Source: Negaprion brevirostris
Taxonomy: Eukaryota
Direction of reading: 5' to 3'
Assembly (NCBI GenBank): GCA_030324005.1
Contig: JARDVH010000059.1
Span: 119,839,174-119,903,173, forward strand
DNA: 64,000 bases
The notes under the pieces were generated by a model. The model searched no databases and had not been told where the DNA came from. It worked only from the letters and a program-made list of their open reading frames with translations. A program made the position numbers and the translations under genes. Of this stretch, positions 46,763 to 60,467 are shown piece by piece. Positions within the stretch are counted from its first letter, which is position 1, and every line of letters starts with the position of its first letter.

Positions 46763-48087
46763 TAAATTAGTCATCAGTTTGATGCTTCAATAATTGTAGA
46801 TACATCTTTATATTTTATCAGTTGTGAGAATGAGGCATCACAGGAATTGCATTTCAATAGCTGGCTATTTCACTTGTTGCCTGTGTGATACAGTAATCTT
46901 TAATGTCACGTTACAGCTGTACAAAGTTTATCTGATATCACTCTTTTAAAGCTTGCATTGCATAATGTGATTGATTTTGCAATATTTTCAAGCCCTTGCA
47001 GCCTCAGGTCAAAAGCAATTCTCACAGCTCTATGTCCTTTGCCTTATCTCACAAAACTTTAAAAGTCAAGCAATAGGATTATTACCTTGAAATATTGATG
47101 CAATAAGAGAGCGTGTTCTACTTAACATGCATTGACTTCATCAATTCAACACGATATGTACACTGCAAAATCATTATACCCCCGCTTGAACGCTGAATTT
47201 TGCTTTGTCCCAACAATGTGCTATTCAAGTAGCCTGCTGCTTTCCTTTTAAATATTGCAGGAAATTACATACATCTTAAGAGACTAAGGCGAGACTTCAT
47301 TTGTGCAAGTTTTGTCACTGTTAAGTGATGATGCTGAAGGCAATCTGTGGCACTAAAGAAAAAATCAATTTTATTCGGTGAGGTGAAGAAGAGGTTAGAG
47401 CAGCCAAATGACTGTTCAGAATACAATTTAAATATATTTCCAATTCATTCCTCCAGCACTGTTGTTTGACTGGAGCAGTAAAAAAGAATGGCTGCAAGTT
47501 TCACAGGATATTGAAAGGTTGCTCCCTCCCTCTCCTGAAGATTAAAAAAACAGATGGCAGTCTTGTAAAAGATTCAAACTGTTTGGGGATTTTTGTACCG
47601 TCATGGGATCTACCCTAAAATAAGTTGTATCTCTTTTCTAACACCAATCATTTAATGATCGCAATAAGGATAAATGATGGAGACCCTCTGGTCTATCCCG
47701 CTTACCCTTCCATTAGTGAATCCATGTGACAGGAGGATCGAAGATAATCCTACTTAAAATTTACATTCACACCAAATGAATACAATTTGTCTCAGACTTG
47801 CGACAATGGGAGCAGAGGAAATAGTTAAACAAAATCATGATGGTCTGTTTATATGCCACTAAATTATACCAGCAGCATCTGTTGTACTAAGACCATTTAA
47901 TAGCATCGCTCAAAAGTAAAATGCAGTCACCGCTCTCTATTACTTCTCTGTAGTTGAATTATACTGAATGCTTTGCATGTTTTATAATCCCGAGTGACCA
48001 GTTTGAAATAATTATAGATGAAGAAGTATTATGAGACATACTTATATATTTAGTTATTACAGTTATGCTCATTAAATAAGGTATCAG

Positions 48088-48295
48088 CTTTGGCTGAGTA
48101 GGAACATTGTTGCCTCTGTCTCAAGTGGTTACGCGTTCAAATCCCAGGTGACAGGTTTATGCAGCTGATGCTTCAGTGTAGAATTTGGGTAGGTGCTGCA
48201 TTGCCACAGATGTTGTCACTTAGACCACCTCTCTGGTGGTCATCAAGGATCGCTTCACATTGAGGAACAGCAAGGGGCTCTCAGATGTACCCTGA
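48088..48295 (+). mobile_element. SacSINE1/DeuSINE 5' half
   Basis: 'ttggctgagtagg..gcctctg..gttcaaatccca..gctgatgcttcagtgtag..gtgctgcattgcc'. Confidence 0.6.
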
Positions 48296-48724
48296 ATTTG
48301 TATAATTAATTATAACATCTGCAGTTTAATTTAACACCCTTTAGATAAATATTTTACATGTATTTTAATTGTTGTCCATTAGCTTAAAGTAATTTCTGTA
48401 CAGGACCCCTATGTTTCTCTACCTAGCTAAAGTTCCAGCTTTTCCCAATATAAAAAATACCCTGATATTTGAGTTCAAAGTGCATGACCTCACACTTGCC
48501 ATCTGTAAATGTTTTGCCCACTCACTTAACACATCACTGTCCCTTTGCAATCTACTGCTCCGGACGACTGTGCCATGCGTTGGTGTCATCAACAAACTTA
48601 GCCATTTGGCCCTCTATTCTTCCAGCTCGGTCATTTATACGTATGATGAAAATAGAGTTGCCATTGAGATCCCTAAGGCACACCAAGGAAGATTTGTCTC
48701 TAAAAAGTCTGTGTTCATGACCAC

Positions 48725-48955
48725 TGATGTCTCAAAGTGCTTTACAGCCAATTAAGTGCTTTAGAACTGCAATCACTGTTGTAACCCTGCAACCAATATA
48801 TACGCAGTAAACTCCCACAAATAACATTGTGAGATGACAATATAATACTTATTGAAGTTCATTCAGAGATACATTTTTGACCAAGATACTGCTCCCATTT
48901 TCTTCTTCAAAACAGTGTCATGGATTATTTTAGTCAAGTAGGCAGATGTGGCTCT
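48725..48955 (-). mobile_element. SacSINE1/DeuSINE 3' half
   Basis: 'caaagtgctttacagccaat..cactgttgtaa..ctcccacaaataaca..cttcttcaaaacagtgtcatgga'. Confidence 0.75.
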
Positions 48956-49064
48956 CCAGCCAGCAGCCAAGACCTGTGTTATCTCCTTAAAATCCTGTCC
49001 AATGTTTCAGGTTCATTTCCTTCAGCAAAACTGAGGAAAGTTGGAGATGAATCATAGAATTGTT

Positions 49065-51130
49065 AGGGTGCAGAAGAAGGAGACCTTTCAGCCCACTGTG
49101 TCTGCATTGGCTCTCCAAGTGAGCAGCAGAAGTCTATGCTGTTCTCTTGCCTTTGTTCAGAACCCTTTGCACATTGTTTCTATTCAAATAATCATCCCAT
49201 GTCTTTTGAATGCCTCAATTGAACTTGTCTCACCACACTTCCAGGCACTACACTCCAGAACAAACCACTCAATTGTGAAAAAGTTTTTTCTTGCATCAGA
49301 TGTTGCATAGACAAGGTAGACAATCAATATCTTTGGGAAAAGATAGGCGAGTCTCAAACTAGAGGGCATAGGTTTAAGGTGAGAAGGGAGAGATACAAAA
49401 GTGTGCAGAGGGGCAATTTTTCACACAGAACGTGCTGAGTGTCTGCAACAAGCTGCCAGAGGCGGGTACAATTTCATCTTTTAAAAAGCATTTGGGTAGT
49501 TACATGGGTACGATGGGTACAGAGGGATATGGGCCAAGTGTGAATAATTGGGACTAGCTGAGGGGTTTTAAAAAAAAAAAAGGGCAGTATGGACAAATTG
49601 GGCTGCAGGGCCTGTTTCCATGCTGTAAACCTCTATGAATCTATGACGTCTTTCGCAAATCACTTTATATCTCAGATCTTTTGTTCTTGGTCCATTTACA
49701 AGCAGCAACAGATTCTTCCTATCTGCTCTATCCAGCCCACTCATGATTTTGAACGTCTCTATCATAAATTCTCTTGGCCTTTTTCTTTACAAGGAGAACA
49801 GTCCCAACCTCTTCAATTTGTCCCCACAAGTGAAGTTTCACACCCCTGGAACCATTCTTGTAAATCTCTTCTGCGCTTTGTCCAACGTGTTCACATCTTT
49901 CCAATGGTTTGGTGCCCAGAAATATGCACAATACTCCCGTGATGTATAACTTGTGTCTTGTCTAAGTTCAGCATAACATCCTTGACTTGCACCCTATCTC
50001 CCTTTTAATAAAACCCAGAATACGATATGCTTTATGAACTGTTCCTTCCACTTTTCCTGCCTTGCTACCTCAATAATTTAGGCACATAGATACCCAGCTC
50101 CTTCTGCTCCTGCGCCTCCGTATTTTATATTATCTGTCTATGATCTTCCGAATAAAATGCATCATCTCACTCTGCTCTGCACTGAACTTTATCAGTCACG
50201 TTTCTGCCCACTTGACCAACTTTTCTCTGTCCTTTTGAATTTTTAAACTGCTCTTTTCACAGTTTACAAGCTTCCAAGTTTTGTGTCATCTACAGATTTT
50301 GAAATTTTCCTACGCACACCAAGATCCAGATCTTTAAGATGTACCAGGAAAAGGAAGGGTCCCGATGCTGAGCCCTGGGGAACACTGCAACAAACCTTTN
50401 NNNNNNNNNNNNNNNNNNNNNNNNNNNNNNNNNNNNNNNNNNNNNNNNNNNNNNNNNNNNNNNNNNNNNNNNNNNNNNNNNNNNNNNNNNNNNNNNNNNT
50501 ATCCACAGACCATTACTCTCTGTTTCCTATTACTCAGCCAATCTTGTATCCATGTTGCTACTGTCCCTTTTATTCCATGAGCTGTGACTTTTCTCACATG
50601 CTTGTTCTGCGGCATTGTATCAAATGCATTTTGAAAATCCAAGTACATCACGTGAATAGTATTGCGCTCATCAACCCTTTTTGTTATTTATTCAAAAGTT
50701 ATTTAAACATGATTTTCCCCTTAGAAATCCAGACTTGCTCATGTGACTATTCTATTCTGAATACCTGTTTCTCGAAGCTTCCACACCACTGACGTTAAAC
50801 CGATGGTCTGTAATTGCTGGGCCTATCCTCACAACATTTTTGAACAAAAATCTGCAATTTTCCCATTCTCTGGGACCTCCCCTGAATCTCGAGAAGACTG
50901 AAAAATAATTGCCCAGCAATTTCCACTCTCATTCCTGCAATATCCTTGGATACATCTCATCGAGTCCGAATGCCTTGTCAACTTTAAGTACCAACAGTCT
51001 ATCCAACACTTACTCATGAACAATTTTGACCCTTTCTAGTAACAGTTTCCTCCTATGTTACTGTGGCCCAAATAGCATCTACCTCCTTGGTAAAGATAGG
51101 GACAAAATATTAGGTTGATACCTCACCTAA
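49065..51130 (-). mobile_element. CR1 LINE ORF2 remnant (RT to 3' tail), interrupted
   Basis: EVPENGKIA; YLDFQNAFDTMPQ..KVTAHGIKGTVATWIQDWLSNRKQRV; SVPQGSASGPFLF..ISKSVDDTKLG; IETFKIMSGLDR. Confidence 0.9.
49305..49645 (+). mobile_element. CR1 3' end nested antisense in the preceding CR1
   Basis: 'actagagggcataggtttaaggtgaga..ggcctgtttccatgctgtaaacctctatgaatctatgac'. Confidence 0.88.
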
Positions 51131-51334
51131 GCTTGTTGTAATGGGTTTTGAGCAAGTAATGAAGGGAATAAAGAACAAAAGGGAAGATCTGTGATCGCAC
51201 GCACAGCAAGACACCTTAAGTCATCAAGCGTTCCATGAATCAAAAACCAAAGGGAATAAAGGTATGCACTATGAGGTATGACTTGTTGTTTAGCAGTTAT
51301 CCAAATGCTCAGTGAAGGCAAAAAGTAAGAATAA

Positions 51335-51720
51335 AATAAACTGGCAAAAATAAAACATAAAACAAAATGGAGATAGAAATCATGATTGAAAATTGCTAAT
51401 CTCTATGTTGAGTCCAGAAGGCATTGAGTGCCGATTTGAAAGATGACGTATTCTTTTGAATGCTTCCACTGGTTGAAACCCTGTGGCAGGCCAAGGGTGG
51501 AAAGGTCAAAGTGAGAGAGGTAGAGAACTGAAATAGTAAACAAGAGAAATCTCGAGCTCGTGTTTGGAGATGGAACAGAAGTGTTCCATAACATGGTCAC
51601 CCAGATTATACTTGGTCTCCCCATCGCAGAGGAGACCACATCATGATCAGCAAATACAGCAGCGTAAATTGAAAGAAATATAAGTAACTCACTGTTTTAC
51701 TTGGAAAGTGTTTAGTTCCT
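51335..51720 (-). mobile_element. Penelope-like GIY-YIG fragment
   Basis: Reverse gives 'GLLCDGETKYNLGDHVMEHFCS' (YIGETKR.LGDRF.EH) and 'GTQCLLDST'. Confidence 0.7.
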
Positions 51721-51729
51721 GGGATCAAC

Positions 51730-51852
51730 TATCATGTCACGAGTGTGGTGGAATACTCTCCAATTACTTGGGTGAGTGAGGCTACAACACTCAAAGTTCA
51801 AAACCATCCAAGACAAGGCAGTCTCCCTGATTGGCACTCCATCCGCCACCCG
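51730..51852 (+). mobile_element. LINE fragment (3' part, probably of the 33822-36125 family)
   Basis: 'gagtgtggtggaatactctcca..accatccaagacaaggcag..gattggcactccatcc'. Confidence 0.6.
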
Positions 51853-52204
51853 AGGTGGTGAAGTTTTTGTTGAGTTAGAGTTTCTGGCCAGCTGAATCTC
51901 AGGAGTTCAGTTTAACGGAAGCAAAATCTCAAGTTGAATAAGGCAGAGTTAACATTGGTTTTGCCAGTTTTAAGATGAAGCAAGTTTTGGGTCCTCCATG
52001 ACTCGATAATGTCAGACAGCACAGTGTCAGTGAGGGAGATGTGAACTGGTTTATTCAACAAGTGCATGGATGCTAATTTGTTTAATGTCTCTGAGCAGAA
52101 AAATGGCAACAAGGATGATGCAAGCATGCAGGTGGGCATTTAGTCACGATCAAGATGCCAAGACACACAAGGCGATGGGGCAAGTGCTGGGAAATGGGAT
52201 TAAG

Positions 52205-52820
52205 AATCCCACTTAGTACTGCAACTTTATAAGTCCCTTGTCAGACCCCACTTGGAGTATTGTGCACAGTTCTGGTCACCTCAGTACAAGAAGGCTGTGG
52301 AAGCTATTGCAAGGGTGCTGAGGAGATTTACAAGGATGTTACCTGGATTGGGTGGCATGCCTTATGAAGGACCTAGGTCTTTTCTCCCTGGAGAGACGAA
52401 GGATGAGAGGCGACCTGATAGAGGTTTATAAGATGTTGAGAGGTATAGANNNNNNNNNNNNNNNNNNNNNNNNNNNNNNNNNNNNNNNNNNNNNNNNNNN
52501 NNNNNNNNNNNNNNNNNNNNNNNNNNNNNNNNNNNNNNNNNNNNNNNNNNNNNNNNNNNNNNNNNNNNNNNNNNNNNNNNNNNNNNNNNNNNNNNNNNNN
52601 NNNNNNNNNNNNNNNNNNNNNNNNNNNNNNNNNNNNNNNNNNNNNNNNNNNNNNNNNNNNNNNNNNNNNNNNNNNNNNNNNNNNNNNNNNNNNNNNNNNN
52701 NNNNNNNNNNNNNNNNNNNNNNNNNNNNNNNNNNNNNNNNNNNNNNNNNNNNNNNNNNNNNNNNNNNNNNNNNNNNNNNNNNNNNNNNNNNNNNNNNNNN
52801 NNNNNNNNACTGACACTATG
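52205..52820 (+). mobile_element. CR1 3' region
   Basis: LYKSLVRPHLEYCAQFWSP..LGLFSLERRRMRGDLIEVYKMLRGI. Confidence 0.92.
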
Positions 52821-53519
52821 GACTGAAGGACCTTTTTCTCTGCCGTGCCCTTGTGCAAACATGTCGGCTGGAGGAAAAGCTATTTAGGAAGCACACTCGT
52901 TAAGCAGGAGCCCAACCAGGTGGTTGCAGAGCCACAAGAGTATAAAATTAGGAAAAGCCACAATGGCAAAGCCAACTGTGTTGAAAGGTCCAAGAAGGCA
53001 GCAAGGGATAACTCTCCACTTGGAGTAGTCAGGATTGAAGTTGGATGGACTCCATGTTGTGGACAGGGATAACTGGACCAAAGATATTTGAACAAGGGTA
53101 AGTGAAAAGTTAGGGTGGCAAAGCAAAGGCAACAGCCAAGTGTAGCATTTGATCAGTTGTATTGACGTTTTTTTTGCTTGTTGTATCTTGTTGTAAAGAG
53201 ATTTGGAGGGTGGGTAGGGTGGAATTTTTCGATATATAACTGCAAGAACCAATATCTTAAATGAAATGACAAAGGAAGCAGCTCAGGCTCGTTCTTGTCA
53301 TCACTGAAGAACAATACACAAATATTGTTGGCACTCACTTCATTGCAGTTCTGCCTGCCTGACTTTAACCGATATATTTTATAATGGCCTTTCCTTCAGT
53401 CTACACATTCGTTTCAGTCGAGCCCCAATATTTCTGCCTGCTCCCTCCTCTTCCTTGCCACTTAATAATTAGGGGGAAATTAACATTTAAAGAACCAACA
53501 AGGGAGTCAGTAGTTTAGG

Positions 53520-56372
53520 GTCATAATCCCAACTCTGTTGGTGTAAGGCAAGGGCACCACTGATTGTCTCAGGAGGTGGGAAGGGGTCATCACATTTTAA
53601 TGGTCAGTTGCTGCCCACTTAAAGTTAGGCAGCACCCAGCCAATGAGATACTGCCCTGTCAACGTCCATCTTCCCCTCTGGGTGCTTCTGATCGAGAAAT
53701 CCTATTCTGACACGCAGGCAGTAAAAGGATACACCCAAGAGACAAAAGATGAAGACTCATCAAGTTGGAAATTGGAATTTCAGGACTGTGTGTCCTGACA
53801 TGTCAGAAGGATTGGCAGTGAACAGATAACGTATGAAGACAGCATTGATCGACCATGAGCTGTACAAGCTCAACATCAACATTGCTGCTCTCCAGGAGAC
53901 TAGATTGGCTGACATAGGATCAATACTTGAGGTTAATGATACCTTCCCCTGGCATGACAAAAGTAGAATGACTGTTGTGAAAATGGAAATTGAGATGCCT
54001 GCTGTGACCTCTGAGCACCTCATATCTCTTCATCTACCATCAGATGTAAGTTTTGTTGACATTATCTGCGCTTCCGAGCCAGTCGCAGGATGAGTGTAAC
54101 CGGGGAAAGTCCAAACATAATGGCATATTGCGCATCAACATTCCATGCGTGAAGGCTGAAGACCTATGTCAGGCGTTCTCAAAAGCTTTTGTGCAGTCCC
54201 TGTCACCTGATGGCTCACCAGATAACACTGCATGAAGCATGGAAATCTCTGTGATCAATATGAAGTTACAGTCACAACATTTGGCAAAAGAAGAAACAGG
54301 AGCAATTATTGAGTTGATCCTTGCCCTACGGAAATATCCCCTGCCTCTGAAGCAAAGCGAATAGCTCATCTGGCTTAACTCTAAAGGCACAACCTCATAC
54401 TCACCAAGGCAGTTGCACATAAGACAGCAACGTACTACACCAACAAGTATTGGAGTAAACTATATGAAGTAAAAGCTGCTACAGTGGTAAAGTACACATG
54501 TTGTGTCACAGTATCAAAAGACTACTCAAAGCCACCATCAGCCAAGGTGCTCCTTTGAAATCCACAATGCATCACTGACCAGAACAAGCAGAGGCCTTTC
54601 GGATAGAACATTACTAATCTGTGCACACATGAGACAGAAATATCTATCTAAGTTTGATGACTCTCTATAATTATGAACATTGATTATTTGAGCTTGAAGA
54701 GGCCATTGACTCCCTCGGAGCAAAGAAAACACCTAGAAATGATGGAATACTGGTTGAACTACTCAAGAATGGAAAGTCCCACCTGCTGCCAGAGTTTGGG
54801 CACTTCTTCCTCATCTGCAGAGAGAGCTCTGTCCCACAGGATGTGTACGATGCAAATGTCATCACATCATGCAAGAACAGCAATGATCAAGGGGATTGAA
54901 ACAAATACTGGAGCATCTCCCTCCTTGGTGTCAGTGGGAATTTGTTTGCCAGAGTAAATCCACTGAGGTTTCATTGAATAGCTAACAGATTGTACCCAAA
55001 GGCACAACGGGGCTTTAGATCAAATCCTTGGCTGACCTGATTCCCTCTGTTAAATTTAAGAGAAATGCAGTATACAGCAAACTCCACTTTCCTTTTTGTG
55101 AATCTCACAAAGGTATTTGACACCATGAGCAGGGTCAACCTCGAAAACATACTGGAGAAAATCAACTGTCCTCACAAGCTTTGCAGTCTATTTCAGTCCT
55201 CCTGTGATAACATGCAAAGCATTATTCAGTTTGACAGTTCTACCTCAGATGCTTTTGAGATCAGGAATGGAGTTGAAATAGCTGTGTCTTAGTGCCTACT
55301 TGAATTGATATCTTTTAGCTCTGTCCCCCTGACCGATGCATACTTTTCCAACATGGAAGGACTGTAACTCCATGCTCAATCAAATGGAAAACTCCTCAAG
55401 CTATCAAGACTGAATGCCTGAGATAAAGTGTGGCATGTCCAGATCAGAGATCTCTCTATGCTAACACTGCTGCATTAATTGCCCAGACAGAAAACCAGCT
55501 GCAAATCTTTGCCATCTCCCTCACCATCAGTGTCGAGAAAATTGCAGTAATGGGACAGGATTTTGTGCCTCTGCCTGTGATCAGATTCAAAAACACTACT
55601 GAAAACAGTCGTCATATTCTGCTGCCTGGGGTCAAAGGTGACTGATGACCTGTGTCTTGATGGAGAGCTCAGCACGCACATTGGAAAAGCAACTTTGGGC
55701 AACCAACATAGCTGGCGCAGAGGAACTACAAACTGACCTGCAGGACCAAGGTGCTTCTGTCCAAGCCCTGCCACCTCAGCATATTGCTGTATGGCAACAN
55801 NNNNNNNNNNNNNNNAATGTGTAACAACTTCCATTTCTAGTATCTTAGATGTGACCTCAGCACCACATGAAAGACAAAGTTACTATTGAAGTTGTCGTTT
55901 CCAGGATAAACATGCCAAACAATCTCGCACTACTCAGGCAATGCGCTGGATGCAAGATGATCACCTCCCGAGGATGTGCCATGCAGAGTGCTGGCCGACG
56001 CCAAGGCACCAGTAGGGTGTCCGCAAACCCAAATCAAAGATGCTGTCAAAAGCGATATGAAACTGCTGAACAAGAATAAGGACAAATGTAAAACCCCAGC
56101 TGACAATTGACACAAATAGTGACACCACAGCTGTAGGCAGGAGTTTGCCATCAGAATGACATGTTTTCTTGTTCAGAAGCTCCAAAGCTGATACCAACCG
56201 TGTAAACAAGGAGCCAGCAGGAATCATCCCACATCAGCAGTAGGGGACAACTTCACACGTGGCACTTCTTCAGCCATCAAAAGAAATGCAGCAATTGATC
56301 TGATCTGATCTGACCTCACCAGAGTTCTGAGGCTGCAGTTCCATCATGGAATGATGCAAACCAGCAACAACT
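53520..56372 (+). mobile_element. Near-full-span, internally deleted RTE-clade LINE (APE endonuclease + RT), heavily decayed
   Basis: GNWNFRTVCP..KTALIDHELYKLNINIAALQETRLADIGS; NKYWSISLLGVSGNLFARV; YPKAQRGFRS; FVNLTKVFDTMSR..LEKINCPHKL; LYANTAAL. Confidence 0.88.
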
Positions 56373-56799
56373 GAACCTTCTTCACCTATGTTTTGTCTTC
56401 GTGTCAGATATCAGGTCGTTAAAGGTCCTTTGGGTGCTAATCATGCACCTTGGCTCCATTCTCAAGACACCCCTGTTGTAACTATTGTCACATGCTTATT
56501 TTCTCACATCAATGTTGTCAAATAAATCAACAGTGCTTAAAATTGAGAAATTCTATTTGTTACTTTTGCCACTCGGAGTAATATTCAATAATCTGTGTGG
56601 AATGAGGACAATAGTGTCTCGGAACTTTATTAAGGACTTACTTGGCAAGCAAGAAACTTGGGTTTTGGCTATTACATTAGCCACTTTATTGATTAATGAA
56701 CAAAATTGTTCCTACGCGAATTGATTTTTTAAAATTAATTTTACAGAATGTGGGCATTGCTGGCTGGGCCAGCATTTATTGCCCATCACGAAACTGCAT

Positions 56800-56932
56800 T
56801 CTTAGCTCTGATAAAGGGTCAGCAGATTTGAAACGTTCCTCTTTCCTCTCCACAAATGTTGTCACATCTGCTGAGATTTTCCAGCATATTCTGTTTTTGT
56901 TTCAGATTCCAGAATTCGCAGTATTTTGCTTT
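56800..56932 (+). mobile_element. Penelope-like terminal fragment inserted in a LINE tail
   Basis: 'ctgataaagggtcagcagatttgaaacgtt..ctctccacaaatg..ctgctgagattttccagcat..gtttcagattccag'. Confidence 0.75.
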
Positions 56933-57369
56933 CATCACAGAGGTGTGCCTTGGCCTTTCCTGACTTGATTGCAGCACTTGGTTTTTCAGTTTCCTCTGGT
57001 AGACTGTCTATCGAGGTATTGAGCAGCAATCAGATCAAAATATTCAAATCAGGCACGACTATTAAAATCGACAGGGTCTGTATGTCTTCGACCTCGCCAG
57101 GTACCTTTCCCAGGCTCTGTTGCATCTACCTTGTCCTTTGTGGCCAGAAAATTAATTATCATGCCTGTGCCAGATCTTTGAAAGAGAGATCCACATATTT
57201 CCATTCCCTCAATTTATTGTACTCCATCTTTCTCCATTATTTGTCCTGCTCCTGCTTTCCTCCATTCTTCCTTTGCCATGTTCTTTTGTCTTTCACTCTG
57301 CGTTCTTTCTTGTTTTTGTTTTTTTTTTGTCTTTTTTCGATGGTTATATATTTAAAATTGCTGTTAGGT

Positions 57370-58250
57370 AAGACTACAGACGAATGGCGGGATGTGTTTA
57401 AAATTAAAATTACCTTGAGACAAGACCAATATATACTCCTCAGGGGAAGAACTCTGCTCACCATACAAAACAGCTGAGGTCTACAAAAGAGTTGAAAAAT
57501 AACACACACAACTAAAGGGAAGAACATATGAAAGTTAAAAATAAAAGTTTAAATTTTAGTGAACTGGGAGAGGTGTAAAGNNNNNNNNNNACAAAGGAAG
57601 ACGACGTGAAAGCAATGATGGAAAAAGTTGAGAGATATCAAGATTCATACAAAAGATTTTTTGCAATTATATTCGAAAGGAATTGCCAAGGGTTCTTCAG
57701 AACGAGATGCAAGTCATGTTGCAAAGAAAAGATCATGTCAAATTTGACAATTTTTTTTTTCAGTCTTCGCAATCCAAGATTAAAATAACTCACCTGCCAT
57801 TCCAGGGAATTTAAGAATAAACCAAGGACGGAGCGTACAAGTAAGAAAAAATGTAATGGTCACTAAAGACTGACAAATGCCCAAGTCCTAATGGTTTCCA
57901 CGTCAAGATTTTAAAGGAACGAGATGTGGAAATTGTCACTGTTTCTGTCATGATTGGGAAAGAGAATTGTCCCTTTTGATTGGAAAATTACAAATGTAAC
58001 TATTATTTGAAAAATATGAGAGAGACAAACCAGCAAAATGATAGACTCACTCCTCTAACATCTGTGGGGGGGGAGGAGGAGTTATTGGAATCTACAATTA
58101 AGGGCAGGATGATGAGGTACATAGAAAAATGTGAACAGGTTAAAGAGAGGTAGCTTGGAATTCTGAATGGTGAGTCATGTTGGACTGAATTTTTTTTGAG
58201 AAATAATCAAAGTAGTAGCCAAGGAGATATTTCCGTGTGTAGTTTATACT
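57370..58250 (+). mobile_element. CR1 ORF2 remnant (linker and RT start)
   Basis: 'DKCPSPNGFH', 'PFDWKITNVT', then RP..LTSV-like and 'GESCWT' blocks. Confidence 0.7.
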
Positions 58251-59454
58251 GAGTCAGATTTTACAGGGTTGGGATGTGGGGGTGGGGGGTGTGAAAGGGG
58301 GAGAAGGGGGAGTTTGAGGGTGAACTGTTGGCATTCACTGTAATTATCCCTCTGAAAGTGATCATGAACTCAGTATTTTGGGCATGTGCAGAATAGCATG
58401 GAAATTCTGACATTGCAGTCTATCACTGACATAAGCTGTGCTTTGGCCAACACCCACCCAGGGAACTGTCAATCACTGAAATGAGTGAGAATTTCAACTG
58501 TCCACTGAAGAGCATTGCAGTATCCATACACAGTGATGGAGCTGAAATTATCGCCAGAGAGCGTATGTGTTTCACCACTGACCATTCAATTGGGTCCAGT
58601 ATTGACTTCGACAAGGCATCCAATAATGTTCCAAATCAGAGATTGTGAACTAAAATCAAAACTCACTGAAGTTGGTTCGGCCATTGACATAGCAGTGGAA
58701 ACCATCATTACAAGATAATGGGTGCAACATGATGTTGAATATGCCTGCATGCCATTGTAATGGAAAGATACTTGGCAGAACAAGGGTTAACATGGTTTTT
58801 GGAGAATACTACTGACTACGGTATGATGTATTGGGTCTCATGGTATTAAACTGAGATAACATTCTGGAAGCAAATTACACGGAAGAGACACTATGTGCAA
58901 GAATAGCCAGGATCTGTAAATTGTTAACAATAAACAGTTTATATTTAAACAAAGAAGTCTCAAGATCTGCTCATTGAGGCATCAGCAAACCCTAATACAA
59001 GCTGGTGATCAATAGTGACGTTGAAGGTGGCACCATAATACACCAATTACTAGAATTGGAAGGAAAAAGCTAATGGGGTAGATGTTTTTGTGACTGAATA
59101 GGATTTGAGGGGAGGCAAGTGATCAAAGAAATAGTGCTGACTATGTGCGTGCCAGTCTGCTACCTCCATTAGTCCAGGCAATTTTTGTGAAGGTGGAGCA
59201 GAATGGGAGGGCAAGCGAGCAAACTCATCCACAGCGAAGATAAACCAATGGAGACAATTAAAGAGTTTAGTAGGAGCTCACCTTTGAGTCTACAAAATTT
59301 TCATGGGGGGTGGACAGACTTTGGGAGATCAGCTCAGTGGTGGCAAAAATAGGATTGGCTACATTTCGAGTGGAGATGATCACTGAGCAGTGAAGAAACT
59401 GAGGAGAATCTGGAGGCCTACCCCATACAAGGGTAATTTGAAGCATTTTGAGAA

Positions 59455-59728
59455 ACTCATGCCCTTACCCAGCGTCAGGGACCCAGGCTTGATTCCCAGC
59501 TTAGTTCACTGTTTGTGAGGAGTCTGCACATTCTCCCCATGTCTGCACGGATTTCCTTTGGGTGTTCTGATTTTTCTCCCACAGTCTGAAAGCTGTGTTG
59601 GTTAGATGCATTGGCCATGCTGAATTGCCCCTCAGTGTACACAAACAGGTCTCGAGTGTGGCGATTAGGGGATTTTCACAGTAACTTCATTGCAGTATTA
59701 ATGTAGACCCACTTGTGACTCTAATAAA
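59455..59728 (+). mobile_element. V-SINE with alternative tail
   Basis: 'cagtctgaaag..ccctcagtgtac..gtgtggcgattaggggattttcacagtaacttcattgcagt..cttgtgactctaataaa'. Confidence 0.85.
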
Positions 59729-59828
59729 NNNNNNNNNNNNNNNNNNNNNNNNNNNNNNNNNNNNNNNNNNNNNNNNNNNNNNNNNNNNNNNNNNNNNNNN
59801 NNNNNNNNNNNNNNNNNNNNNNNNNNNN

Positions 59829-59898
59829 ACACACACACAGACACACACACTCACATTCACACACACTCACACAGACAGACACACACACTCACATACAC
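59829..59898. repeat. Imperfect (CA)n microsatellite
   Basis: Direct reading. Confidence 0.9.
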
Positions 59899-60054
59899 CA
59901 AAATACCATGAAGTTTCCACATCCCACTGGAGGGTGGATTTGCGACCTGGAAACATACCCGCTTCCTGATTCCTATCTCCACCACAAAAACCCAGCCTGT
60001 GGTGTTCCACAAGGATTTGGGCTGGGGTTTCAGCCATTCAATATATTTAACTAG

Positions 60055-60442
60055 CACAATAGTCAAGTTCACCAATGTCAAAAAGGATGGCAGCATTGGA
60101 GTGTTGGAGACAGGCACAGAACATTAAAGAGACATTGATAGATTAAATGAGCAGTTGAAAAGCAGTGAGCATTCGGTACAGGCGAGTGTCAAGTCATCCA
60201 TTTTGGACCAAAGAAAGCATAATTCTGGATATTTAAATGGTGAAAACCTAGGAACGGTGGATGAATGGTGAGGTATCGGAGCCAAGTACACCAATCACTA
60301 ATAATGTCACTGACAATAGATCCAAAAATAATCAAAATGGCTAAAGGAATATCAGCCTTTATATCGAAAGGGCTACATTATAAAGTGGAGGAAGTTTTAC
60401 TAAAACCGTATAAAGCCATGGATAAACCACATCCCGAGTTCT
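60055..60442 (+). mobile_element. CR1 RT fragment
   Basis: 'DIDRLNE', 'CQVIHFG', 'LKPYKAMDKPHPE'. Confidence 0.7.
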
Positions 60443-60467
60443 AAGCTCTTAACTTTAGAAACTTTTG

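Noticed and set aside
56926-57527. 183-aa hydrophobic ORF and antisense Lys-rich ORF
   Set aside because: Produced by a T-rich low-complexity tract plus LINE fragments.
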